Notes: a model not told the origin generated them from the sequence alone. A DNA stretch of 64,000 bases from Acidobacteriota bacterium (GCA_028876655.1 JAGWRA010000232.1:639-64638), one strand, 5' to 3'. Counted from the stretch's first letter, positions 1 to 8,717 are shown. Numbers and translations: made by a program.

Positions 1-1271
1 CCTGGACGTTCACCCTGCGCTCGCACATCAAGTTCCATGACGGGCACCCGCTGGACGCGGAGGCGGTCAAAGCCTCCATCGAGCGCAGCATGAGCGGCCC
101 GTCACCCGTCCCGGAAGTCAAGAGCATCGAGGCGCCGTCACCCGACCGCCTGATCGTACACTTGAAGTACCGGTCGCAGTTCCTGCTGGAAGACCTGATC
201 ATGCCGATTACCCGGGAGGGGAAGCCCGTCCCGGTCGGCACTGGTCCGTTCTCGCTCGTGTCGCTGTCCCCCCGGGAAGCCGTGATGAAGGCGAACGAGA
301 ACTACTACCTCGGCCGCCCGAAGATCGACCGCATCGTGATCCGCCTCTACCCGGCGCTGCGCGCAGCATGGGCGGATATGATGCGGGGCAAGGTCGACTT
401 CCTGTTCGACGTGGGACAGGACGCCCTCGATTTCGTCCAGCGATCGACTTCCGTGAAGGTCTTCCAGGTCCAGAGGCCGTATGCGTACGCGGTGTATCTG
501 AGCGATCGGAGACCCGAACTCCGTTCGCCCCTGCTCCGGCAGGCCTTCAACGCCGCGATCGATCGCTCGAAGCTGATTGCCGAGGGGCTCCAGGGGCACG
601 GTCGCCCGGCAAGCGGCGCCGTCTGGCCCGAGAACTGGGCGGTCGATCCGAAGGCACCGGGTTTCGAGTACGACCCGAAGCTCGCCATGCAGCTACTTGG
701 CAAAGCGGGGATCCCGGCCCCGCGCGCGACGAGTTCGTCGTCGCCGCCCGCCCGGATCACCATCGATTGTCTCGTGCCGGAGGGCGTGGCTACCATCGAG
801 CGCGTGGGGCTGCTCGTCCAGCAGCAGCTCCGGCAGTTCGGTGTGGAGTTTCACCTCGAGCCGCTGCCGTTCAACGAGTTCATCAGCCGCGTGGTCGCCG
901 GCAAGTTCGACGCCGTTCTCATTGACGGACTCATGGGCCCGAGCATGGGAATCGCCTACTGGGCCTGGCACTCCCGCGTACCCGGATCGTCGATCGGCTT
1001 CAATTTCGAGGACTATCATGACGCCCTCGTCGACCGAAGCCTCGATGCCATCAGGGATGCGCGGAGCGACGATGCGTACCGCGCGGGAGTCGCAGCGTTT
1101 CAGCGAGCGATCCTCAAGGATCCGCCCGCGATCTTCCTGGCCTGGAGCGAGACGTTCCGGGCCGTGAGCCGGCGCTTCGACGTACCGGTCAATCAGGGTC
1201 AGGACATCCTGCAGTCACTGGCGCGCTGGACGCCCGTCGCCCCGTCAACCGTCCAGACCTCGGAGCCGTGA
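1..1271 (+). CDS. ABC-transporter substrate-binding protein, family 5 (peptide/nickel type); 5' end lies outside the window
   Basis: Frame 3 is open from base 3 (WTFTLRSHIKFHDGHPLDAEAVKASIER, a typical SBP_bac_5 core) and runs into ORF 90..1271. Stop TGA 1269-1271 overlaps the next start (GTGA). Confidence 0.8.
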   Translation, partial: WTFTLRSHIKFHDGHPLDAEAVKASIERSMSGPSPVPEVKSIEAPSPDRLIVHLKYRSQFLLEDLIMPITREGKPVPVGTGPFSLVSLSPREAVMKANENYYLGRPKIDRIVIRLYPALRAAWADMMRGKVDFLFDVGQDALDFVQRSTSVKVFQVQRPYAYAVYLSDRRPELRSPLLRQAFNAAIDRSKLIAEGLQGHGRPASGAVWPENWAVDPKAPGFEYDPKLAMQLLGKAGIPAPRATSSSSPPARITIDCLVPEGVATIERVGLLVQQQLRQFGVEFHLEPLPFNEFISRVVAGKFDAVLIDGLMGPSMGIAYWAWHSRVPGSSIGFNFEDYHDALVDRSLDAIRDARSDDAYRAGVAAFQRAILKDPPAIFLAWSETFRAVSRRFDVPVNQGQDILQSLARWTPVAPSTVQTSEP

Positions 1272-3025
1272 ACAAGATCAGCACCCGCTTCGTGCTCCTG
1301 CTCGCGGCCGCCGCCGTGCTGCCGCTGCTCGCGTACGGGGGGGTGTCGGTCTATTCGCTGCGTTCGGGGACGCAGCAGTCGGTCATCGACGGCAACCTGA
1401 ACGTCGCCCGCCGGGCTTCGGCCGAGATCGAGCACTACATCGACAACAACGCCGCCATCCTCCGCGCGCTCGCCTCCGACCTGCAGAACACCGACCTCCA
1501 GGAGTGGCAACAGGACCGGATCCTGAAGAACTACGTCCTGCAGTTCCCGGAGTTCCGCGAGATCACGCTGTTCGATGCCGACGGCAAGCTCGTCGCCACG
1601 AGCCGAGTCGGCGCGCCCTCGCTTGCGTTCGCGAAGCCCGACGGCCGCCGGATCGACGGCGTCTGGATGTCCCCCATCACGGTGGACGACGATCTGCTAC
1701 CGACAACCGTATTTACGGCGCGCCTTCAGAATCTGAACCAGCCGGCCGGTTGGCTGATGGGCGAGTTCAGCCTCGAAGAGATGTGGCGCATGGTCGATCA
1801 GATCCGGATCGGCCAGCGCGGCTTCGCGCTCGTCGTGGCCTCGGGCGGCCGGCTCATCGCCCACGGCGATCCGGACGAGAAGCCGCTCGTCGCCCAGGGC
1901 AAGAACCTTTCGGGCAACCCCCTCGTGCGGGCGGTCACGGACGAGCACGGCGAGGCGCCGGTCTGGGCCGAGTACGAGTCGGTGGGCGGCCGCCACGTCC
2001 TGGGCGTCGCCTCGCGCATCGACCCGCTGGGCTGGACGGTCATCGTCGAGCAGCCGACGAGCGAGGCGTACGCCGTGTCGGCGCAGCTGCAGCGCCAGCT
2101 GGTCATCGCCATCGGCGCGGCGCTGCTGCTCACGATCATCGTCGGCTTCCTGTGGGGCCGGTCGTTCATCACGCCGATTCACGCCCTGATGCGCGGGACC
2201 CGCGCCCTGGCGTCCGGCAACCTGAACCAGCGGGTGCAGATCGACTCGATGCAGGAGTTCAACCAGCTCGGCGAGGCGTTCAACACGATGGCCGACCGGC
2301 TGGTGGAGCTGCAGGAGGACGTGAAGAAGAAGGAACGGCAGGCGATGTTCGGCCGGATTGCCGCCGGCCTCGTGCACGACCTCTCGCACCCGATTCAGAA
2401 CATCGGGAACAGCTGCCGATTGATCGTCAAGATGTTCGACGACGCCGAGTACCGCGAGACGTTCAAGCGGACAGTGGATCGCGAATTCCTGTCGATCAAG
2501 CGCGTGCTCGAAGACCTGCGGAACCTCGCCCGCCCGATTCCGCTGGAGCGCTTCCCGGTGGACATCAACCGGTCGATTGTCGAGATGCTGGAGGCCATGC
2601 GGCCGAACGGCGAGCGCGCGGGTGTCTCGCTGGAGGGGCATCTCACCGAGCAGCCGGTCTTCATCGAGGGCGACGTCTTCGCGCTCGGCCGCGTCTATCG
2701 GAACCTCGTGACGAACGGCATCCAGGCGACCGCGCCCGGCGGCAGCGTGGTGCTGAGCACGGCGCTCGTGGACGGCTTCGTGGAGATCCGCGTGGCCGAC
2801 ACCGGCTGCGGCATTCCGCCCGAGCGGCTGGGCGCGGTGTTCGAGGATTTCGTCACGACCAAGCGGCGGGGTCTCGGCCTCGGCCTCGCCATCTCGAAGA
2901 AGATCGTCGAGCAGCTGGACGGCACGATCAGCGTGACGAGCGAGGTCGGACGAGGCACCACGTTTCTGCTCCGCTTCCCGGCAACGTCCGCGCGGCCCGC
3001 GGAGGCCGCGGTTGCGGCGAGCTGA
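1268..3025 (+). CDS. Sensor histidine kinase (periplasmic Cache-like sensor, HAMP, HisKA, HATPase_c)
   Basis: N-terminal TM segment and second TM (LVIAIGAALLLTIIVGFLW). H-box GLVHDLSHPIQNI, N-box NLVTNGIQA, G-boxes DTGCGIP and GLGLGLAISKKIV. GTG start overlaps the upstream stop. Confidence 0.9.
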   Translation: MNKISTRFVLLLAAAAVLPLLAYGGVSVYSLRSGTQQSVIDGNLNVARRASAEIEHYIDNNAAILRALASDLQNTDLQEWQQDRILKNYVLQFPEFREITLFDADGKLVATSRVGAPSLAFAKPDGRRIDGVWMSPITVDDDLLPTTVFTARLQNLNQPAGWLMGEFSLEEMWRMVDQIRIGQRGFALVVASGGRLIAHGDPDEKPLVAQGKNLSGNPLVRAVTDEHGEAPVWAEYESVGGRHVLGVASRIDPLGWTVIVEQPTSEAYAVSAQLQRQLVIAIGAALLLTIIVGFLWGRSFITPIHALMRGTRALASGNLNQRVQIDSMQEFNQLGEAFNTMADRLVELQEDVKKKERQAMFGRIAAGLVHDLSHPIQNIGNSCRLIVKMFDDAEYRETFKRTVDREFLSIKRVLEDLRNLARPIPLERFPVDINRSIVEMLEAMRPNGERAGVSLEGHLTEQPVFIEGDVFALGRVYRNLVTNGIQATAPGGSVVLSTALVDGFVEIRVADTGCGIPPERLGAVFEDFVTTKRRGLGLGLAISKKIVEQLDGTISVTSEVGRGTTFLLRFPATSARPAEAAVAAS

Positions 3026-3063
3026 GCGTCGATCGGGAACACGACTGAAGAAGGACGGGCATC

Positions 3064-3306
3064 ATGTTCCGGAAGCTGGTGAAGACGGACGGCGTCGAGG
3101 TGGACGGCCACGTCTATGCGGTGCGGTACTACTCCACCCGCACGGTGCACGGCGAGTACCGGTACAGCGCCGAGGTGATCCTGGCGCCCGAGGACCGGAT
3201 CATCATCGATGACAACTCGCTGAACACGCTGGAAGCCCGGCTGACGCATCTCGTGCCGGCCACGGTGTACTGCCGGCTGCTGGCGGGCCGCGCCACGGCC
3301 GCGTAG
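3064..3306 (+). CDS. Hypothetical small protein (80 aa)
   Basis: ATG ORF 38 nt after the kinase gene. Third codon positions are strongly G/C-biased like neighbouring genes. No recognisable motif. Confidence 0.45.
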   Translation: MFRKLVKTDGVEVDGHVYAVRYYSTRTVHGEYRYSAEVILAPEDRIIIDDNSLNTLEARLTHLVPATVYCRLLAGRATAA

Positions 3307-3467
3307 GCGGCGGCCGGCGCGTCTGCACGGATCGGAGGGGAGGCCCCCGGCGAACGCCACCGGGAGTCGACCGAGAGCAACGCGGGGCGTGTCCTCTCGG
3401 ACCGCCACCACGCTGCTCTCCACAACCCGGGGGCGCTGGGCGCCAGGTGCTGTCGGGGGAAGCCGAC

Positions 3468-3767
3468 TTACTTCTTCGGCAGAACGGCGTCCTTCAGCTG
3501 CTTCGCAATCCGCGCCTTCACGACGGTCTTGGCCGGGATCTTGATGGCCTCGCCGGTCGCGGGGTTGCGGCCCATGCGCGCCTTGCGCTTCTGCACCACG
3601 AGCTTCACCATGCCGGGCAGCACGAACTCGCCCGAGCGCTTCAGCTCCTTTTCCGAGAGCGCCGTCAGTTCGTCGAAGAACTCGCGCGCCTGCGTCCGCT
3701 TCATCTCGAAGCGTTCGGCGAAGTGCGAGAAGAGTTCCGATTTGCCCATCCTGCGGGCTTCAGCCAT
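3468..3767 (-). CDS. HU/IHF-family nucleoid DNA-binding protein
   Basis: 99-aa basic protein. KRKARMGRNPATGEAIKIPAKTVVKARI matches the HU/IHF beta-arm (R-x-G-R-N-P-x-T-G). Confidence 0.9.
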   Translation of the reverse strand: MAEARRMGKSELFSHFAERFEMKRTQAREFFDELTALSEKELKRSGEFVLPGMVKLVVQKRKARMGRNPATGEAIKIPAKTVVKARIAKQLKDAVLPKK

Positions 3768-3944
3768 CTGCGTCCCCCTTCACATGGGCGCGCTTGACCA
3801 TCGCACCGGATCGCCGTGCGCGCCGACGGTGATCGCGGATTCTCCCGGGTTTCGGCGGTATCCTAGCGCGCCGCTCTCACGAGTGTCAATCGGTCCAGGC
3901 CGGGTTTTCAAGGGTTTTCCGGGCGCCGGTGGTAGACTGTCGCC

Positions 3945-4292
3945 ATGGCCACCGGCACGCTCGAGACGTTCCCCAACCCAAGACCCGAACGCGAATACGA
4001 AATTGAGATCCGCTGCCCGGAATTCACCTCGGTGTGCCCGAAGACCGGCCTGCCCGACTTCGGCGAGATCCGGATCACCTACGCGCCGGGCGATCAGTGC
4101 ATCGAACTGAAGGCGTTGAAGTACTACCTCATCGAGTTCCGCAACCGCGGCATCTACTACGAGCACGTGACCAACCAGATCCTGGACGACCTGGTCGGCG
4201 CCTGCCAGCCGAGGCGGATGACGGTCGTCGGCGACTTCTCCGTGCGGGGCGGCATCAAGACGATCGTCACGGCCACCTACACGAGGGCCTGA
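3945..4292 (+). CDS. queF: NADPH-dependent 7-cyano-7-deazaguanine (preQ0) reductase, unimodular type
   Basis: Catalytic Cys loop TSVCPKTGLPDFG and QueF motif IELKALKYYL. The 115-aa size fits the YkvM subtype. Confidence 0.92.
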   Translation: MATGTLETFPNPRPEREYEIEIRCPEFTSVCPKTGLPDFGEIRITYAPGDQCIELKALKYYLIEFRNRGIYYEHVTNQILDDLVGACQPRRMTVVGDFSVRGGIKTIVTATYTRA

Positions 4293-4307
4293 CCGGACGC
4301 CCGCCCG

Positions 4308-4592
4308 GTGCGAGGCGCGATGCCCGAGCCGGAAGATTCCATCGAACTGCCGATCGAGGACACGCTCGATCTCCACGCCTTCGCGCCCCGCGACGTCAAA
4401 GCGGTCGTCCTGGACTATCTCGACGCGGCGCACGCGCGCGGCTTCCGTGACGTCCGGATTGTCCACGGCAAAGGGATCGGCGTGCAGCGGGCCATCGTGC
4501 AGGCCGCGCTGGATCGCCATCCGCTCGTCGTGGAGTTCTGGGACGAGTGGCATCTGGGCGCCACCGTCGCCCGCCTGAAGCCCGGTATGTGA
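4308..4592 (+). CDS. Smr-domain protein
   Basis: LDLHAF plus VRIVHGKGIGV (Smr LDLH / H-G-x-G signatures). Start could be GTG 4308 or ATG 4320. Confidence 0.8.
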   Translation: MRGAMPEPEDSIELPIEDTLDLHAFAPRDVKAVVLDYLDAAHARGFRDVRIVHGKGIGVQRAIVQAALDRHPLVVEFWDEWHLGATVARLKPGM

Positions 4593-4602
4593 ATCGTTCC
4601 CA

Positions 4603-4691
4603 CCGGCGGCAATTCCTACGCGATCGCGCGGCGCCTAAGTGCTGACGGCACAGTCAGATCTGTAAAGCACCGGAAGGAATTTGCCGCCAGG
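4603..4691. other. Long intergenic stem-loop (possible structured RNA or terminator)
   Basis: CCGGCGGCAATTCC (4603-4616) pairs with GGAATTTGCCGCCAGG (4676-4691). Nested inner stems GTGCT/AGCAC and CTGAC/GTCAG. Lies in a 190-nt ORF-poor gap. Confidence 0.3.
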
Positions 4692-4782
4692 TTCCAGCTC
4701 GGCCGCCACCCGATCGCCGCCACCGCGCTGAAAACCGGCGCGAAACGGCCGGCGCGGGGCGCGCACCGAACCGGCACGTCCC

Positions 4783-5136
4783 TTGCGATGCGTCAGCATC
4801 GCGCGCGCCGCGGCGCGCCCGGAGCAGTCGATTCCCCGCGGCGAAGTCCGGTGGGGCCCGGTGGCCCCGACGAGCGCGGTCATGACGAACGAGCACGCCA
4901 GTCCCCATCCCTCCACCTCCGAACCCGGCCGCCGCACGGCGGATGAGCCGATCACGCGCGCGCACGACGGCGAGCCGGCGTCGCGCCAGGACGAGTGGGG
5001 AATCTACGATCCAGACCGGGCCGGCCTGCGGGCCATCCTCGCCCGCATCGGCGCGGCGGCCGGTGCGGACGACGACGAAGCGGCACGCCGGCGGGAGGCC
5101 ATGCTGATGCGTCTCTCCCTCGACGACGACGAATGA
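4783..5136 (+). CDS. Hypothetical acidic protein (start may be the internal ATG at 4882)
   Basis: It is the only same-strand ORF in the gap. The C-terminus is very acidic (RLSLDDDE). No motif recognised. Confidence 0.3.
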   Translation: MRCVSIARAAARPEQSIPRGEVRWGPVAPTSAVMTNEHASPHPSTSEPGRRTADEPITRAHDGEPASRQDEWGIYDPDRAGLRAILARIGAAAGADDDEAARRREAMLMRLSLDDDE

Positions 5137-5194
5137 CGCACGCCGCGCGGCGTCAGACGGTCGGCGGCACCGCCGCACGTATAATGCGGAGACC

Positions 5195-5872
5195 ATGCCG
5201 ACGCGTCCGCCTCACGCCGCGCGCGCTGCCGTCCCCACGCCCTCCGGCCTGACGGCCGCTCTGGCCCTCGCCGCAATCCTCTGGCTGGCTCTGCCGGCCG
5301 TCGGGCGCGCCCAGGAACCGCCGAAGAAGATCGGACCGTTCGTCGCCGATGTCCGTGGCTCGTTCGTAAAGTTCGGCCAGAGCGACGGCCTCGCGGCCGA
5401 GCACGGCCTGAACGGGACCGACCTCCCGTCGCACGGACTCGGCCTCGACCTGGGCGGCCACTTCTACTTCTTCAAGTGGCACGCGATCACGTTCGGTGCA
5501 GGCGCCGAAGTGCTGCTCTCGCGCGGGCATCAGGGGGCCACGACCACGGGCCCGGCGGTGACGACGACGTTCGATTCGTACGCGCCGCAGATCTCCTTCA
5601 ACTTCGGCTCCGGCGACGGCTGGAGCTACCTGAGCGGCGGCATCGGCAAGGGCTCGCTGACCATCCAGTCGGCCACGGCCCCACCCGAACAGGCCGAGAG
5701 TGTGAAGGTCATCAACTACGGCGGAGGCGCGCGGTGGTTCATGAAGAAGCGCCTCGCGTTCACCTTTGACGTCCGCTTCTACGATCTCCAGCAGCAACCT
5801 GCCGCGAACGGCCGGCCGGGCAATCCGCACGTCAGCTTCCTCGTGATGAGCGCGGGGATTTCGATCAAATAG
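5195..5872 (+). CDS. Outer-membrane beta-barrel protein (OmpW/porin-like)
   Basis: Signal-like N-terminus ending ALPAVGRAQE. Alternating hydrophobic beta-strand pattern with Gly/aromatic-rich segments to the C-terminus. Confidence 0.6.
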   Translation: MPTRPPHAARAAVPTPSGLTAALALAAILWLALPAVGRAQEPPKKIGPFVADVRGSFVKFGQSDGLAAEHGLNGTDLPSHGLGLDLGGHFYFFKWHAITFGAGAEVLLSRGHQGATTTGPAVTTTFDSYAPQISFNFGSGDGWSYLSGGIGKGSLTIQSATAPPEQAESVKVINYGGGARWFMKKRLAFTFDVRFYDLQQQPAANGRPGNPHVSFLVMSAGISIK

Positions 5873-5935
5873 TCCGCATGGGGCCCCACCCCCATGCGCA
5901 GCCGTCGCTCACGCTCCGGATCTTGCGATCGGCGG
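5873..5935 (+). repeat. REP-like hairpin element, copy R1
   Basis: GCATGGGG-CCCCAC-CCCCATGC hairpin (8-bp stem) plus tail GCAGCCGTCGCTCACGCTCCGGATCTTG. Begins 1 nt after the stop codon at 5870-5872. Confidence 0.85.
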
Positions 5936-5957
5936 CATTGCCACTTGGAGTGACGTC

Positions 5958-6018
5958 TCGCATGGGGCCCCACCGCAGGCGCAGCCGTCGCTCACGCTCG
6001 GGCTCCTGCGATCGGCGG
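5958..6018 (+). repeat. REP-like element, copy R2 (degenerate hairpin)
   Basis: Same element in tandem with R1. The 3' arm of the hairpin is mutated (CCGCAGGC) and the tail is conserved. Confidence 0.75.
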
Positions 6019-6079
6019 CCTTGTTCACCCTCCCGGCACCGCTCTTGCCCGCATCCATGCGGCGCGCCGGCCGAACTAT

Positions 6080-6092
6080 CTGAATCATTCAG
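6080..6092. promoter_or_regulatory. Perfect 6-1-6 palindrome CTGAATCATTCAG upstream of the helicase gene (candidate operator)
   Basis: Read directly from the sequence. It lies in a locally AT-richer patch about 45-60 nt before the 6138/6153 starts. Confidence 0.25.
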
Positions 6093-6137
6093 GCCTTCCA
6101 GCGGCTGCGCCGATCGCCGCGCAGAAACTGCGCCGGC

Positions 6138-8717
6138 GTGCGGGTGAGGGCGATGCAGGAAATGCCAGGGCCGTTCGTGGCGGGCGGACGCGTGAGGGCC
6201 CGTGGCGATGAATGGCGGATTGTCGACCTCGCGCCGGGCGACGGGTGCTGCGCGCTCACGCTGGTCGGCGCCGGCGCCCGCAACTGGCGCCGGCGGCGAG
6301 TCCTGCTCTGGCCGTTCGATCGCGTCGTGCCGGCCGCGTCGCCGCAACGCCCGCGTACGGTCCGTTTCGGCCGGTGGCTCGACGGCCTGCGGGCGCTGGT
6401 CGTCGCCACCCCCGGGGCCGGCCACCTGCGGGCCGCCGCGTCGGCTGACATCTCGCTGCTGCCCTACCAGCTCGAGCCGGCGCTCGCCGTGGTCCGAGGA
6501 CAGGCCTGCCGCCTCCTGCTCGCGGACGCGGTCGGACTGGGCAAGACGATTCAGGCCGGCCTCATTCTGGCGGAGCTCCGCGCGCGGGGCGAGCTGCAGC
6601 ATGCCCTCGTGCTCACGCCCGTGGGCCTGCGCGACCAGTGGGTCGACGAGCTGGCGCGGCGGTTCGCCATTCCGGCGACGGTCGTCGATCGCCATTTCGT
6701 CCGCGACACGCGCGCCACCTTTGCAACGCCCGTCAGTCCGTGGGCGCTCGGCGTGGTGTCGGTGGCGTCGTGCGACTACGCCAAACGGCCGGAGGTGCTG
6801 GCCGGCCTGGCCGCCCACTGGTGGGACCTGCTCATCGTCGACGAAGCCCACGCGGCGGCTGCGGCCGCCGAGCGGGGCCGGCTGATCGCGCGTGTCGCCG
6901 CGCGATCGCGCCACGTCGTGCTGCTCAGCGCGACGCCGCACGCGGGCGATCCCGCGGCCTTCTCCCGGCTCTGCGGCACCGGCGGGCTGGACGACGGCCC
7001 CATCGTGATCTTCCGCCGGTCGCGCCGCGAGGCCGGGCTCGGCGCCGACCGCCGGGTCGCCCGCCTGGCGGTCGCGCCGACGACAGCCGAGCGGTGGATG
7101 CACACCGTCCTGGCACGGTACACCCGCGCGGTCTGGACGGCGGCGTGGCGCACGCCGCGGGCCGAGGCGTGGCTGGCACTGGTCGTCCTGAACAAGCGCG
7201 CGCTGTCGAGCGCGGCCTCGCTGCACGCCTCGGTCGAGCGCCGCCTCCAGCTGCTCACCGATGCGGCCGGCGACTGGCGCCAGCCCGGCTTCCAGTTCGA
7301 CGAGGACGGCGAAGTCGACGCCGGCGACGAGGCCCCGCTGGCGCTCGGCGTTCCCGCGCTGGCCGACGGCGCGCGCGAGCGGGAGTACCTCCAGGCGCTG
7401 GCCGCGGCAGCCGCCCGTGCCGCTCGCCACGAGAGCAAGCTGGACGCGCTGCTCCGGTTGCTGCGGCGCGTCCACGAGCCGGTCCTTGTCTTCACGGAGT
7501 TTCGCGACACCCTCGCGAGGGTCGCGTCCGCGCTGCCTCCCGATCGCGTCGCCGTCCTGCACGGCGCGCTCGCCCGTCACGAGCGACGGGCGGCCGAACG
7601 GGCGTTCACCTCGGGCGACCGGCAGATTCTGCTGGCGACCGACGCGGCCGGTGAAGGCCTGAACCTCCAGGCCCGGTGCCGGTTCGTCGTCAATCTCGAG
7701 CTGCCCTGGAACCCGCACCGGCTGGAACAGCGGATCGGCCGGGTCGATCGCCTCGGGCAGTCACGCCGTGTGCACGCCGTGCACCTGGTGGCCCGCGGCA
7801 CCGGCGAAGCGCGCGTGCTCGCACGGCTCGCGTGGAAACTCGAACGGGCGCGGGTGGCTCTTGACGCGGACGAGCAGACTTCCGCGACGCCGTCCGAGCG
7901 CGACCTGCTGGGCACGATGGTCGGCGCCCGCGCACCGGGCGACCACCTCGACGGGCTGCCAGACGCGCATCGGGGGTCGGAGGAAACGCCGCCGACGATG
8001 CGGCTGTCGCTGCAGCGGGACGCGGCTGACGAAGCCCGCCATCAGGAAGCGCTGCGGCGGATCGCGGCCGGTCGCGTGCCTGCGGCCGCGCTCGGCACGG
8101 CCACGCTCGCGCGTCATCTCGCCGCCCTCGACCGGCAGGCGCCATGGCTCGGCACAGCGAAGCGCGGTCCGCTGAACGGGCTGACTGGAGGCCCCGGCCT
8201 GATCGTGCTCTTCCGCGGCCGCGTGGTCACGTCCGGCGGCCGCGCGGCCGACACGGGGCTGCTGCCCGTGTTCTATCGCGTGCCGGCCCTGGCGTGCGTG
8301 CGGTCGCGGCGCGAGGCACGCGCCATCGCCGAGGCGCTCCTGCGTGGCCAGCCGCCGGAACTCGCGCCGCTGCTGGAGACGGTGCAAGCCGCCCATCTCC
8401 GGTCGGCGGGCGACGCGTGGAGGCCACGGCTGGCGCTCGCTGCCCGGCGCGAGCGGCTGATGGCCGCACACGCGGAGGCGATGGCCGAGCTGGCCGGCCG
8501 GCTGGTGCAGCAGGGGCTTTTCGATCGCCGCGCGGTCCGCGCGGCAATGCAGCAGGCGCAGCAGCAGCTCAGCGACCGCGAGTCGGCAGCCAGCCGCCTT
8601 GCTGCGCTCGACGCGGCGGCAGCACTGGTCGCGGCAGGTCCGCCCGAACCGGTACTGGTGCTCATCGTCTCCGGCACCAGCGGCGCGACGGGCGCAGGAT
8701 GCGGAACGAACGGATGA
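6138..8717 (+). CDS. SNF2/SF2-family helicase-like ATPase with an uncharacterised ~270-aa C-terminal extension
   Basis: Motif I LLADAVGLGKT (GLGKT 6534-6548), DEAH box LIVDEAH (6840-6851). Helicase-C motifs LLATDAAGEGLNLQ and QRIGRVDRLGQ (7728-7760). Stop overlaps the next start (ATGA 8714-8717). True start may be ATG 6153. Confidence 0.9.
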   Translation: MRVRAMQEMPGPFVAGGRVRARGDEWRIVDLAPGDGCCALTLVGAGARNWRRRRVLLWPFDRVVPAASPQRPRTVRFGRWLDGLRALVVATPGAGHLRAAASADISLLPYQLEPALAVVRGQACRLLLADAVGLGKTIQAGLILAELRARGELQHALVLTPVGLRDQWVDELARRFAIPATVVDRHFVRDTRATFATPVSPWALGVVSVASCDYAKRPEVLAGLAAHWWDLLIVDEAHAAAAAAERGRLIARVAARSRHVVLLSATPHAGDPAAFSRLCGTGGLDDGPIVIFRRSRREAGLGADRRVARLAVAPTTAERWMHTVLARYTRAVWTAAWRTPRAEAWLALVVLNKRALSSAASLHASVERRLQLLTDAAGDWRQPGFQFDEDGEVDAGDEAPLALGVPALADGAREREYLQALAAAAARAARHESKLDALLRLLRRVHEPVLVFTEFRDTLARVASALPPDRVAVLHGALARHERRAAERAFTSGDRQILLATDAAGEGLNLQARCRFVVNLELPWNPHRLEQRIGRVDRLGQSRRVHAVHLVARGTGEARVLARLAWKLERARVALDADEQTSATPSERDLLGTMVGARAPGDHLDGLPDAHRGSEETPPTMRLSLQRDAADEARHQEALRRIAAGRVPAAALGTATLARHLAALDRQAPWLGTAKRGPLNGLTGGPGLIVLFRGRVVTSGGRAADTGLLPVFYRVPALACVRSRREARAIAEALLRGQPPELAPLLETVQAAHLRSAGDAWRPRLALAARRERLMAAHAEAMAELAGRLVQQGLFDRRAVRAAMQQAQQQLSDRESAASRLAALDAAAALVAAGPPEPVLVLIVSGTSGATGAGCGTNG

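Noticed and set aside
3768-3944. A preQ1 riboswitch upstream of queF.
   Set aside because: No preQ1-I or preQ1-II-like hairpin with an A-rich tail is visible. The region looks like a plain divergent promoter.
6080-6092. Interpreting CTGAATCATTCAG as a LexA/SOS box.
   Set aside because: The spacing (CTG-N7-CAG) does not fit the CTGT-N8-ACAG or GAAC-N4-GTTC classes, and no lexA or SOS genes are nearby. It is kept only as a generic candidate operator.
5878-6147. Small ORFs beginning MGPHPHA... (also 12084-13877 plus strand and 13610-13870 minus strand).
   Set aside because: They start inside the REP-like hairpin element. The shared peptide is a by-product of the repeated DNA, not a gene family.
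8144-8713. In-frame N-terminal extension of the methyltransferase ORF (the ORF track starts at 8144).
   Set aside because: The extension is Arg/Gly-rich nonsense that lies wholly inside the helicase coding region. ATG 8714 gives a classic ATGA stop-start overlap and a sensible N-terminus.
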